Notes: generated from the letters alone by a model not told the origin. 62,338 bases of DNA, filler included, from 4 parts of 4 records of this genome joined end to end with filler, not necessarily neighbours in it, one strand, 5' to 3'. Shown: positions 9,001-17,041, counted from the first letter of the whole stretch. Numbers and translations: made by a program.

Positions 9001-11091
9001 TGATATTTCAATGTTTGCAGTTTTTGCAGTCTGTAAAGATGAATGTTCTGATGGTTTAAAGAGTATTTTATTACTTGTAGAGTTAATTGTATACGCACTA
9101 CTTGGAACCGAGACTCCATCAAATGTAATACTTAATGAAGGGGAAGATTCCCACTCAACGATATCTGTATAAGAAATTTCAAAATCATTATCCACAGTAA
9201 CACCAGTAGCAGCCGTAAGTGTTGGTGCAGTTTTTACTTCTATTGTAAAAGGATCAGATTCCAAGGAGAAAGAGGCGATCCCAAAAGTGATAGTCGCATT
9301 ATCGACCTTAAGATCACTACTAGCTGTTAGGTCAGTGAAAGTAATTACCCCGGAAGATGCATTTGGATTTGCTCCACCCAAAGTCCAGGTTCCATCACCT
9401 GTTTCACTTAATGTTACCGTGCTTGCCTCATCACTGGTACAATCATTATTGTATTGATCTTTTAAATTTAAAATTGGCTGTACAGATAGCACTTCTCCAT
9501 TAGTAGCAGGAGCTGCAGGCTGTGTTTGAATTGCAAAACTTACCGCTGCGCCATGACCTATTGTTTGATTAGTGGCTACTGCATCTGGATAGTTTGTAGC
9601 TACTACAGTTAAATCTTTAGTTGCTGGCACCTGCAAGAATACAGACTCAGAAGGCTTTAAAATCACTACCCCTGTTGAACCCTTATCGTAAGCTCCAATA
9701 GGTAAAACATCAGCACCATAGCGAACTTCCGTTATGGCTCCTCTCCAATTGGAATCTTCTGTTCCCATACTAATGTTAAAATTTGCATCAACAGTAGCGC
9801 TTGGTGCTGCCGTTAATGTTGGTGCAGTTCCCGGAATGATAAAAGTATCTGAATTCGCAACATCCAAACTTCCGGATGAAAATACAATGAAGGCTCCAAC
9901 AGCAGGATCTGCACTTGTTGCTGTCAAATCATTAAAATCCGCAGATCCACCAGAAACCGTTAAAGGTGTTGTCCCACCTAAAGTCCAGCTTCCATCGTTA
10001 GTAGCTGCACCAATTGAACTTGCATTATCACCAGTACAATCATTATTATATTGATCCTGTAATTTTACAATAGGAGTGGTTGTCAAAACAGTACCATTTG
10101 ATGCCGGTGCTGTAGGCTGAGTAACAATAATAATATTTGCAGCAGCACCATGTTTAATTTCCTGTGCAGACGCCACAGCATTTGGATAATCTGTAGCTAG
10201 AATTGTGACATCCTTGGTTCCCAGAACTCTTAAAAATGCAGATTGAGAAGGTTTTAAGACCACTACTCCACTCTGACCAGTATCATAAGCTGCAATAGGC
10301 AGAACATCTGTACCATAGCGAACTTCTGTTATAGCTCCTCTCCAATTGGCATCTTCTACTCCCATGGTAATACTAAAATCACTATCAACAGTAGCGTTAG
10401 GCGCTGCGGTTAAGGTAGGAGCAGTTCCTGGTATGGTATAAGTATCTGAATTGGCTACATCCAATGTCCCTGATGAAAAAACAATAAATGCACCAGTAAC
10501 CGGATTTGCACTTGTTGCTGTCAGATCATTAAAATCTGCTGATCCACCGGAAACGGTTAAAGAAGTTGTACCTCCCAATGTCCAGCTTCCATCATTGGCA
10601 GCTACTTCAATAGTGCTGGTATTGTTTCCGGTACAATCATTATCGTATTTATCTGTCAACTTAGCTATTGGCGTTGTTCCCAATACTGCACCATTTGAAG
10701 CTGGTGCCAAAGGTTGTGTTGTAATTACAATATTATCAGGAATTCCGTGAGCAATAGATTGAGAAACAGTTGCAAGATTATAGTTTGTTGCGGTAATCTC
10801 AACAGTTCCTCCTCCCACGGTTTGTAAAACGGAGTTGCCTCCTCCCGGTTTTAAGGTTATTGTACCAGCTACTCCATCTACCACATAATCTGTAGTAACA
10901 GTTAATGCAGTACTTCTATATGAAACAGACTGAATTGCGGAAGCCCAGGTACCATCATCGGTAAAATCAATTACAATGTCCAAATCAACAGTTGCATCAT
11001 CATCTTCCGATAAACCTGGAGGGGTAGTTTGTGCGAAAAGAAAAACAGTAGAGAATACGCATAGGTATCCCAAGAGTAAATATTTTTTCAT
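58..11091 (-). CDS. Giant T9SS-secreted repeat protein: signal peptide, 17 x (DUF1533-like + bacterial Ig-like module), PKD domain, T9SS type-A C-terminal domain
   Basis: The ORF track starts at 11148, but ATG 11091 (MKKYLLLGYLCVFSTVFLFAQ) gives a signal peptide. 17 ~200-aa units of the form P.L.A...ATVD..F.I.F.D...W...I..I.Y...HG....I.TQP...NG.....QP....DQY.N.C. PKD signature FTNLSTNATSILWDFGDG...EPSHSY. C-terminus VYPNPNRGEF...GFYFLTI...KLIITK. Confidence 0.9.
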   Translation of the reverse strand: MKKYLLLGYLCVFSTVFLFAQTTPPGLSEDDDATVDLDIVIDFTDDGTWASAIQSVSYRSTALTVTTDYVVDGVAGTITLKPGGGNSVLQTVGGGTVEITATNYNLATVSQSIAHGIPDNIVITTQPLAPASNGAVLGTTPIAKLTDKYDNDCTGNNTSTIEVAANDGSWTLGGTTSLTVSGGSADFNDLTATSANPVTGAFIVFSSGTLDVANSDTYTIPGTAPTLTAAPNATVDSDFSITMGVEDANWRGAITEVRYGTDVLPIAAYDTGQSGVVVLKPSQSAFLRVLGTKDVTILATDYPNAVASAQEIKHGAAANIIIVTQPTAPASNGTVLTTTPIVKLQDQYNNDCTGDNASSIGAATNDGSWTLGGTTPLTVSGGSADFNDLTATSADPAVGAFIVFSSGSLDVANSDTFIIPGTAPTLTAAPSATVDANFNISMGTEDSNWRGAITEVRYGADVLPIGAYDKGSTGVVILKPSESVFLQVPATKDLTVVATNYPDAVATNQTIGHGAAVSFAIQTQPAAPATNGEVLSVQPILNLKDQYNNDCTSDEASTVTLSETGDGTWTLGGANPNASSGVITFTDLTASSDLKVDNATITFGIASFSLESDPFTIEVKTAPTLTAATGVTVDNDFEISYTDIVEWESSPSLSITFDGVSVPSSAYTINSTSNKILFKPSEHSSLQTAKTANIEISVNSYETAVVSQTIGHGAPSKIVMDTEPVAPSNNGGLFQTQPVVNVQDQYSNVCTGNSSISITAVENDPGNWDLNGSLSGTISSGVLSYTDLTASSTQVVTGAFITFSASGVTSENSATFNLSLNSPPDLTAASGATVDGTFFITFSDTQSWQSKISSITYDGNNVDAAAYDISVGDRITFDPSQSTALQTSGTANFIISSDGFDDTAPLSQVIGHGVANQLAITTEPGTPAINGGELNPQPVIEVRDQYNNFCSTDGNRTITAAKADAGDWSLGGTPDQNANLGVLTFSGLTASSALEVTGANIEFTSPGITPVTSSDFSLGLNNAPTDITAAGSVTVDNPFTITFTDENNWQSNINSITYDGNVVDNAAYNTAISGEITFTPSLSTALQVAGTADLIISSDGFNNSSPVSQTIGHGSAKNIVMVTEPTGPNVNGGQLQDQPVVKLQDLYNNDCTTDNSTSVTVAKGDTGNWTLGGDVTANVNTGILSYTNLTASSNEAISSAFLSFSSTGLTGVNSSTFNLGLNGPPSDLAEDVNADVDSDFTITFTDVDGWQSKISVITYNGVTVDVAAYNTGTTGTIVFTPSLSIALQTAGTANLVISSDGFSDATLSQVLAHGAVNKLSINTQPGAPSVNGGEFSPQPVLEILDQYNNLCTTDGSRTITAAKGDVGNWTLGGSLNQNASSGTLTFASLTASSNENITGANISFSSTGLTGVTSSDFNLGLNSAPDLTASSGASVDGIFEISYDDNVDWESNIDSISFDGNTVPSSAYTINSTSNKITFDPSADAVLQTAKTADMIVFVDGYNNATVSQTIGHGVATQLTIDTEPVAPASNGDPFQTQPVVSARDIYSNICTSNSSISITAAENDPVNWDLQGTLTGTITSGVLSYTDLTASSTQVVNNAFIAFSSSGLTGVNSTNFNLGLNSPPDLTAATGVTVDNSFIITFTDTQSWQSKISSITYNGNTVDAAAYDISVGNQITFDPSLSTELQTSGTAGFVFVSAGFNDKILSQEIGHGAPASINITTQPTAPSSNGGLFATQPEIGSLDQYGNACTGDNATTISVAKGDAGDWTLGGSPNQTLAGGVFTYTDLSATSTEAVVGAYLTFSSGSFATLDSNPFDIPVDGVPDISSAINATVDNEFSITFSDDASWRGNITDIQYGGNSLPVAAYVTTTIGRITFKPAESALLQVAGSQTLSIISSGYSNAEITQEIGHGLVADLFISTQPVGPSSNGAVLTTQPVVQLHDQYANVCTSDNSATISSVASGGTWTLGGTSGLTSASGVFNFTDLTASSDAEVTTATITFSSFSLTDVVSSTFTVPALDASPQLLASSSATVDGEFEISFAANPTWQLAIDSITYDGNLISAGAYDKTQGEKIIFDPSQDTDLQVADTKDMEVHATGYETASVSQKIKHGVANEMVIVLQPAAPIENGSELATQPGLTLRDQYGNDCLEENTIEITAAKGDASNWTLEGTLLKTVASGSVSYTDLTAASDGPVSGAFISFSASGLTSANSTTFDIPDLNAGPILTAASNTTVDADFEITFTENADWRSKITEIKYGETTLPTNSYDATAAGKITFKPSETALLQLVNTDYIYITSTSYLLDSVEQAIAHGVAKNIVITTQPMGPNSNGEDLATQPVVKLQDQYFNDCTSENSITINANASGGSWDLEGTASLMVTNGVAAYTDLTAGSTDLISDATITFSGTGLTNVESASFLIPAPLFAPSLIASTSATVDSLFDVTFSENPEWQGKIDSLSYGGVLLPSIAYDKSQAGKIVFDPSQDAIMQVADTKELIVFSRGYQNSTVNQEIKHGKPDTLVIETQPTAPLVNGGELDLQPKISVKDQYNNACNTEDEYEVLVIKGGAGDWLLEGDTLQAVSNGVINYRSLTASSSLAITGAYLTFTGDGIASVDSDPFDIPSLQNPPNLSTQFDATVDNDFELTYFSFDDSWSSSIELITYEGNTLPTTAYDIYSDKIVFHVSEEVLLQKSGVFDIVVRALGYSDATVEQTVGHGVANSMNITQQPLAPLANGDLLEQQPILEFYDQYSNICDSDNERTITASRNDEGEWDLAGTLEKTAENGIVSFDDLSAFSTGPITGAEILFSSTDIDGVVATAFDIPDIATPPVLTAAVGATVDNPFKITFEEDSVWRNRINVVTVNDSVLVTESYNFSVAGELELIPAESKFLQKNGSYEVIVQSRGFSHDTIQQDIQHGVADSLLILTQPISPSENGDLLAEQPELKLADQYLNDCTTDITTMVTVEKFDAKAWDLGGTLEVTSVDGLINFTDLTATSEIAIDSAYVQFYFTGDSVISELFTIPVPIIELTAAENATVDNEFTIQASDNASWRDSISSISFAGNTLVDTSYFIESGAITFYPDKDSTLFIARTDTIVVVANGYADARVEQSIAHGISTDMVIVEQPIGPENNGDTLALQPKIQLQDQYENNCTTDNLTQVLVQKYSDPDNDNSGLWDFGGIKTITSVEGIVQFANLSATSEDEVIGARLLFTSDGLPNVVSDSFDIVRPPAPIITPAANANVDEQFVVTFTDNKSWRDQIFDIRYGIRSLEGNYDISVPGQITFDPTVTSILQKYGVDSMFVYSGSYDTTRFEQPIHHGKSKYLIIEKQPSPPTTNGEQFIRQPQLSLQDQYRNICDTDNESPVTVRKADSEDWTLSGTLTQVAVNGEIKYIDLTASSEMEVQGARMEFEGTGLISIMSARFTIPEPKSNRAGEATANPELVCYGSKSNITLVGFDGDIQWQKYNELDDVYEDLEGENAELLVTNEIVQNERYRALVTKAGFSSQYSNSITVSPLEQPEAEFTFEIDYNQVHFTNLSTNATSILWDFGDGVLSSEFEPSHSYVLENSNGSGYVVTLTASNGACPDSESAQQVFITTGIDDLIAKSGVVVYPNPNRGEFFVEINATDKDGLLRIFNSAGKLVVSREIKRHFNSEKLEFDLKGLAGGFYFLTIQYPDKLVRTKLIITK

Positions 11092-11314
11092 AACATAGGA
11101 CTTTAGGTAACTAACAGGCTTAAAAAACCAAAGCATGTACCAAAACACCTACACTATTAAATATCAATCCATTGAACAGGGCAAATCTTACTATTTCAAT
11201 TTATACGGAAATGGAGATATATCCAAAGTAGGCGGATAAACCTGCTAAAAGCGTAGTGTTTACAGTCCTTTAGGATAATACCTCCTTTTTTGGATGATTT
11301 ATCCGAATGTGGAT

Positions 11315-11343
11315 AAAAAAAGCTGACTTAAATAAGTCAGCTT
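11315..11343 (-). terminator. Intrinsic terminator of the LysM gene
   Basis: AAGCTGACTTA-AA-TAAGTCAGCTT inverted repeat preceded by an A-run on + (U-tract on -). Confidence 0.75.
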
Positions 11344-11419
11344 CGATATCTTAATATTCAAATGATTTCTGTATCAAATCATCTTCTTCTACCTTAACTT
11401 CTTCCTGCTGACGTTCGAC

Positions 11420-13345
11420 CTACTGATGTCGAATTTTAAAATCTCGTGAGTAATTGATCAATTGCAATCCTCTGTTTTCAAATCCTCCGAAAGCACTTAT
11501 TCTTTTAAAATGATATGTAGATTGTAATAAATCAACATTCATATCATTCATCTTTTGAGGAAATTCCTTTCCATATTTACTTGTTGCCAACGCGAAATAT
11601 CTACACATATCATATCCTCTAAAACTGAAATCATTTGGCTCGCAAGAATATCTGTTTCTGAATGATGAAACAAAATTAAATGTCTTTTCATCCTTATAAT
11701 CCACATAATAAGGACTAAATAGAGAAAAGTTCAAATTGTAAAACAATTCTGATTCCAAACTGGTGTATCGCTGCCATCTTGAGAATCCAACCAATCGTAT
11801 CGCAAAACGTTGACTGAGTACATTTAAATTGGTAATGATATTCTCAACCAAAGGCTGATCATTAGAAGGAAGAACAACAATATTTTCGCAAGTATCACAC
11901 ATCATAGCTTCCATTCCATACAAGCCATACTCGTCGAATGATATTTTTTGATAATTCACCTCATCCGTTTCCCAATACAAACCCTTCTCAAACAAATTGT
12001 GTTCAATATCTTTCACCAACTTAAACTCATTCAAATGCTTGTATCGCTCAGGATGGACTACAATTACATTTTTGTATTTAAAATCAGTACAAACATATTC
12101 TGAAATTTGCTTGCAAACAGAATTCAAAGAAGTATTCAGTTGAATAACATACGGATTGTTATTGATTTCAGGATTCTTTCCGGTTAATGGTGAAACAATC
12201 GGAATGCCTTTTCGCTTTGCAAACTCCGATGCTACAACAAAAGTTTGCTGATAAACAGGACCAATTAAAAAATCAAAATCTACAAATTGATTTAGAGCAA
12301 GTATCTGTCGAACTTTGGCAGGATCTTTTTCTGTATCAAAAACATGAAGATTTACCGAAAGTCCCTCTTTTCTTAATGAATCAACCGCCAATAAAACACC
12401 TTGATAGAAACGTATGAACTCACGAGATTTTCTATACACCACGCGAGGTTCTCTTTGGGTAATAATCTCTAATGTATCTTTATAAGTAACAATCTGATTT
12501 ATGGTATCATTGGTTTCCAGATAAAGAGGCAAGAATAAGCCAATACGTATTTGTTTTTGAACAATTCGATCTACATCTTCCGCCTCAGGAATGGTATCAA
12601 TTGTCACAATCTCTTCCACTATTGTATCTTTAACAACTTCTTTTACCTCGAAATATTCAGGAGGAACCAAATATCTGGGAATTCTAACCCAATCTCCTAC
12701 TTTTAGAACGCCTCTTTTCAATTTTGGATTCAACTTACGAAGCTTTTTCTGCTTCATCTGGAATTCCTTAGAAATAGAATATTGCGTATCGCCAGCTTTA
12801 ATTACATGATAGTAATATTTTTTATCGTGCTGTGGCACATTAGAAACTTGTTCTTTTGGTTGAGATGGGGATTTGGGGATTTTTACCACACTATTAAGGG
12901 GTAAATTTTCCCCTAATTCAGGATTAACTGATTTTATTTCCTGAATAGTGATCTTATATTTTCTCGATAACGAAAATAAAGTATCATCTTTCTTTACAAC
13001 ATGATACTTAAAATTAGGATTATCTTTCTTTACTATTATTGGAGCAACTGCTTGTTTACCTGATAAAGGTATCCTTAGCACTTCGTTCAAATTAACTGTT
13101 GCCTGTGATTTACCATTTGCTTTCATTAAATCGGTAAGTAAAACTCCATAAGCTTTCGAAATAGAAAACAAAGTTTGCTTCTCCTTAACGATATGCAAAA
13201 GGTAAGTCTCACCTTCAACAACTACCTTATTCTTAGATAATTCAATAGTAGTACTTTGAGAAAAGCCTACATTTATAGTCCCAAAAACCAGACTAAATAA
13301 GAGGATACTTCGAAAAAAACAATTCATTAAATATTTGTTTTTCAA
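11420..13345 (-). CDS. LysM peptidoglycan-binding protein with C-terminal periplasmic-binding-protein type 1 (LppC-like) domain
   Basis: Signal peptide; three LysM repeats (HIVKEKQTLFSISKAYG, HVVKKDDTLFSLSRKY, HVIKAGDTQYSISKEF); C-terminal IGLFLPL...FYQGVLLAVDSL...DFLIGP...GYD. Confidence 0.85.
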   Translation of the reverse strand: MKNKYLMNCFFRSILLFSLVFGTINVGFSQSTTIELSKNKVVVEGETYLLHIVKEKQTLFSISKAYGVLLTDLMKANGKSQATVNLNEVLRIPLSGKQAVAPIIVKKDNPNFKYHVVKKDDTLFSLSRKYKITIQEIKSVNPELGENLPLNSVVKIPKSPSQPKEQVSNVPQHDKKYYYHVIKAGDTQYSISKEFQMKQKKLRKLNPKLKRGVLKVGDWVRIPRYLVPPEYFEVKEVVKDTIVEEIVTIDTIPEAEDVDRIVQKQIRIGLFLPLYLETNDTINQIVTYKDTLEIITQREPRVVYRKSREFIRFYQGVLLAVDSLRKEGLSVNLHVFDTEKDPAKVRQILALNQFVDFDFLIGPVYQQTFVVASEFAKRKGIPIVSPLTGKNPEINNNPYVIQLNTSLNSVCKQISEYVCTDFKYKNVIVVHPERYKHLNEFKLVKDIEHNLFEKGLYWETDEVNYQKISFDEYGLYGMEAMMCDTCENIVVLPSNDQPLVENIITNLNVLSQRFAIRLVGFSRWQRYTSLESELFYNLNFSLFSPYYVDYKDEKTFNFVSSFRNRYSCEPNDFSFRGYDMCRYFALATSKYGKEFPQKMNDMNVDLLQSTYHFKRISAFGGFENRGLQLINYSRDFKIRHQ

Positions 13346-13372
13346 TTGTTTATAGTTTATTCAAATTGCCAA

Positions 13373-13380
13373 CAAAAATA
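13373..13380 (-). promoter_or_regulatory. Bacteroidota sigma-A -7 element (TAnnTTTG) for the LysM gene
   Basis: The minus strand reads TATTTTTG about 30 nt upstream of the start. Confidence 0.55.
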
Positions 13381-13519
13381 CTAAAGCTTGTGCGGAAAAC
13401 AAAATATGAACAAGAATTGAACCAATTATTATTTGAGTTTTTACTATCATATAAAAACAAAATCGAAGCTGCATATTATCAACTCCGATTCTAATAAACA
13501 TTTTCTCCTTTTACTGTCT

Positions 13520-13975
13520 CTAATTCTCCATCAAAACATATTCATCGTATTCAATTTCGAATTTTAGTTTTTGCCGTGCTTCCTCATTTGCCAAGGCCAA
13601 AAAGGTCTGTTTACATTCTTCATTAATGGCTTTTTCTGCCATATCAATATAAAATTTAAACTTTACCTTCTCTTTCTTCATTGCCAAAATTAGTGCATCC
13701 TGATAAGATAAATCTGAATTTGTAACATCTACCTCCTCTAAATATCCGGCAATTTTCATATCCTGAATATCATCGGTATCAAAATCCAATTTCAGATCTT
13801 TCATTTTCTCTAATCTCAGCATTCTAGCCGTTTTCTCCAATGCTATATTGTGAAACAATCTTCGTACATTTTTCCGGTCCATTTTATCCGCTAAATCCGA
13901 ATAAAACTCAATTTCATTCATCTCCTTATCAATAGCATAATCGATAATCTCTTCAAATGTTCTAAAAATTTTCAT
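13520..13975 (-). CDS. Ferritin-like / rubrerythrin-family protein with degenerate metal ligands
   Basis: Duplicated helix-pair pattern AIDKE..E..FY..LA...LF..IA / AMKKE....FY..MA....F..LANEE, and a C-terminal EIEYD. Confidence 0.8.
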   Translation of the reverse strand: MKIFRTFEEIIDYAIDKEMNEIEFYSDLADKMDRKNVRRLFHNIALEKTARMLRLEKMKDLKLDFDTDDIQDMKIAGYLEEVDVTNSDLSYQDALILAMKKEKVKFKFYIDMAEKAINEECKQTFLALANEEARQKLKFEIEYDEYVLMEN

Positions 13976-14156
13976 CCCCTAATTTTATTTGATTTAACAA
14001 TCCACACAATTCCACACCTATTCAACCCATTAATTTGAATCGAATCAATAAGTTACGAAATATTAAGCGTGATGACAAAAGATTATTAGGTGCATGTAAA
14101 ATCAGTAGATAACACTTTAATTGACACTATAGAATCTATATTATACAATATTTAGT

Positions 14157-14810
14157 TCAACCAACAATAAAAAGAAACAACCAAAATAGGAAAGCAATCA
14201 TACCAATGTAAAAAATTCTTAAGCCTGTTTTTCGTGTTTCGGAATCATAGGCATAAACCCTTTCGCCTGTTGGAATTCTTTTTTTAAATTTAAAATGATG
14301 ATAACCAATAAAAATCCCTAGAAACCCTCCTAAGACTGCACTAATAAACCCAAAAATCAACCATCCCTTATGTCCCTTTTCCGCCTTGCTTAATGCTGCG
14401 ATCTTTTTCTCCTTTAAGGCTTGCACTTTTTCATCGGAAACTCCTTTGCCTCTTTTCTTTAATAAATCTTGAGCCAATACATAATCCGTTTTACTCCATT
14501 CATTATAATTTTCGAGTACTTCCAGTAATTCATCATCTGTAAAATCAAATAAATAATGATCCTCATCAACTAAGTCAAAACTTTCAACTGCTACCTTGTT
14601 TAATAAACCGTCAACTTTCTCAAAATCTGAAGGCTTCAATTTAATTGCTATTTTATCTTCTAAACCTGTTCCTCCAGTAAAAGCAATATCAACAGCAGGA
14701 GCAATACTTTCAATTGAATAATCTATATTCTCCAATTGCAGAAGTTCTATCAATACATTTGCTTCCTCTTCTGATCTATATTTTCTATAGGTTACCAATT
14801 CCATATTCAT
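14157..14810 (-). CDS. DUF2007-like membrane protein
   Basis: N-terminal YRSEEEANVLIELLQLENI motif; two C-terminal transmembrane segments. Confidence 0.6.
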   Translation of the reverse strand: MNMELVTYRKYRSEEEANVLIELLQLENIDYSIESIAPAVDIAFTGGTGLEDKIAIKLKPSDFEKVDGLLNKVAVESFDLVDEDHYLFDFTDDELLEVLENYNEWSKTDYVLAQDLLKKRGKGVSDEKVQALKEKKIAALSKAEKGHKGWLIFGFISAVLGGFLGIFIGYHHFKFKKRIPTGERVYAYDSETRKTGLRIFYIGMIAFLFWLFLFIVG

Positions 14811-14836
14811 TTTCCTTTTTATTCCAAAATCAAATT

Positions 14837-17041
14837 CTATTCCTCCAATATCACCTCAATTGCCTTTTCCATGAGCTCATCTCTTCCCTCTTTAATTCCC
14901 TTTATTGTAGGTCTTACTTTAATATCTGGCACAATTCCTACGCGTTGTGTTTCTTCACCATTAGGATAGAATACGCCAATTCCTGAAATCATTGTTTGCA
15001 ATCCTCCAGGAAGCTGAATCGCCGAAACATTCCCATCTGCTCCAGCTGTTGTACTTCCTATTATAGTAGTGTTATCTCCAGCCCGAAATGCCATAGCTGT
15101 ATATTCTGCCTGACTCTGTGATAATTCGTTTACCAATACAACCAATTTCCCTTTGTAAGTTTCTTTTGGTTTGTGAATTTTCAAATCCTTTGTAAATGTA
15201 AACTCTCCCGGATTGTTCACACTTCCTTGTGTGAATTTTACAAATGGAGCAGAATCAGAAATGAAAAAGGAACCCAATTTAAAAGGAACGAATGTGGATG
15301 GGTAATTGCGAATGTCTATTACAATTCCTTTAGTATCTTTAAAATCATGTTTAATTTGATCAATATCTTGCTCCTTTATCAACATTAAAGTCACATAACC
15401 AATATTGTCATCCAACAGTTTATAACATTTTTCCTCGCTCTTTTTATACCATCTGTAGATATTTAACTGCTGTCGGGGATAAAGTTTTATAGTTTTTGTT
15501 GCAAGCCTTCCATTATTCAAATATTCAATCTCTAATTCTTGTTTTTTAGAACGCAATAGGTCTGCCGCCATTTCTCTTAGTCGTGCTGCTTGATTTGATG
15601 CCGGGTAATATTTCGACAAATCATCAATAATATCCTCTACCTTTTTTCCATCAATCTTAGAAATCACATCTCCAATTTCCAAAGCTGTTTCACTTTTAAA
15701 TTCAGGATTGTAGTAATCGGTCACAACAAGTTTATCTTCGATAAAACGTAGATGTACCGGCGCAAAGTAATTGCCTTTCCATTCTATTATTTTATTGTTT
15801 CCTTTCCATAAGTTGGCATGTGTATCTTGAATATCACCAATCATCTGAAGGGCTGCCATTTCATATTCCAACTCATTTTTGGCATTTATAAATACAGGAA
15901 TGTATTCCTTTAAGACCCCATTCCAATCCTTATCAATCAAATTCTTGTAAGGGAAAAAATAGTGGATCATATTCCAATATCTATACACAGATAACAATCG
16001 AAAGCCTGCATCAGGATAAGGAATATTTGAATAGGCTTCCTCATTTTGAAACTCAGGATTGCCAACACCTTTCGCCATTTTTATATAATGATGCTTTCCC
16101 TTGTTTCTATTCTCATAAATAAAATTCAACTTCTCCCTTAAGAGTGAACTTTCCACTTCTCCATTAATCCAATTTAAATTTGGTTTGATGTGCGCCTCAG
16201 AAGAAGGCATTTTATTTTTAGTCTTTTTTATTTCTCCTAAACTTGTTATCCAATTCAAAATCAGCTTTTCCTTTTTTGTGCGACCTACTTCTTTCAGGTA
16301 AGAAGGTAAAAATCGAAACAACTCAAGATCCCAATTAAAATCTCCCTTGGCAATATTCGGATGATGATATTTTAAGAAACCCCAAACTTTGCCCAATAGT
16401 TCTAAATCATATATAATATCAGGTGTAAGCTCTGCTATTTCCACTCCTGAATTGGAACCAATATCATTCGCTAGTGCCTTTTTAAGGGTCTCCTCATCAA
16501 CTTCTTTCAATGTTTGCAGGTTTTCACCATCAATTGTCACTTTAAAATCATCAAACCAGGCTTCTCCCTTTCCAGTCAATATTCCACCAACTAGAATCAA
16601 TTCAGCACCTTTAGGATAGTCTAGAGTAATGGAATATTTTCTCCAGTCTTTAGTTCCATTTACTTCCTGACCCATCATATTGTCAAAAGCAAGAGAGCCT
16701 CCTTGTCCATCAATTCGCAACAAGAGTCCGGCAAATCCATTCTCTACATTTTTAATTTTCATGTAGCCTTCCAACTTAATAGATTTGCCAATGTATTTCG
16801 CAGGTATCTTATAAGCTATCGATCCGAAAGTTCCACTCTCAGTAGAGGTAATCTTCCCCGATTTATGTCCCGATTTACTCAATGAATCAATAACTAACTC
16901 GTAATTTCCCCATTTGATCCATCCATCGGAAAGCTCGGCTATATCTTTTTGCTCTTCAAAACCAAGATTAAATTTTGTGCCTGTTTGTCCCTGACATCCT
17001 ACAAAGAAGAATACCGCTAATACAAACAATATGTGTTTCAT
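14837..17041 (-). CDS. S41-family (C-terminal processing) peptidase lipoprotein with N-terminal carbohydrate-binding-like domain and PDZ
   Basis: Lipobox FFFVGC; KVWGFLKYHHP; IIDIRNYP-type motif (IVIDIRNYP); SQSQAE catalytic Ser; GSTTAGADG; GIVPDI. ATG 17041 preferred over 17065. Confidence 0.85.
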   Translation of the reverse strand: MKHILFVLAVFFFVGCQGQTGTKFNLGFEEQKDIAELSDGWIKWGNYELVIDSLSKSGHKSGKITSTESGTFGSIAYKIPAKYIGKSIKLEGYMKIKNVENGFAGLLLRIDGQGGSLAFDNMMGQEVNGTKDWRKYSITLDYPKGAELILVGGILTGKGEAWFDDFKVTIDGENLQTLKEVDEETLKKALANDIGSNSGVEIAELTPDIIYDLELLGKVWGFLKYHHPNIAKGDFNWDLELFRFLPSYLKEVGRTKKEKLILNWITSLGEIKKTKNKMPSSEAHIKPNLNWINGEVESSLLREKLNFIYENRNKGKHHYIKMAKGVGNPEFQNEEAYSNIPYPDAGFRLLSVYRYWNMIHYFFPYKNLIDKDWNGVLKEYIPVFINAKNELEYEMAALQMIGDIQDTHANLWKGNNKIIEWKGNYFAPVHLRFIEDKLVVTDYYNPEFKSETALEIGDVISKIDGKKVEDIIDDLSKYYPASNQAARLREMAADLLRSKKQELEIEYLNNGRLATKTIKLYPRQQLNIYRWYKKSEEKCYKLLDDNIGYVTLMLIKEQDIDQIKHDFKDTKGIVIDIRNYPSTFVPFKLGSFFISDSAPFVKFTQGSVNNPGEFTFTKDLKIHKPKETYKGKLVVLVNELSQSQAEYTAMAFRAGDNTTIIGSTTAGADGNVSAIQLPGGLQTMISGIGVFYPNGEETQRVGIVPDIKVRPTIKGIKEGRDELMEKAIEVILEE

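Noticed and set aside
848-10750. Many 60-106-aa ORFs antisense to or nested in the giant gene, and similar shadow ORFs across the window
   Set aside because: They overlap long, motif-supported genes and recur with the repeat period; they are codon-bias shadows with no independent motifs.
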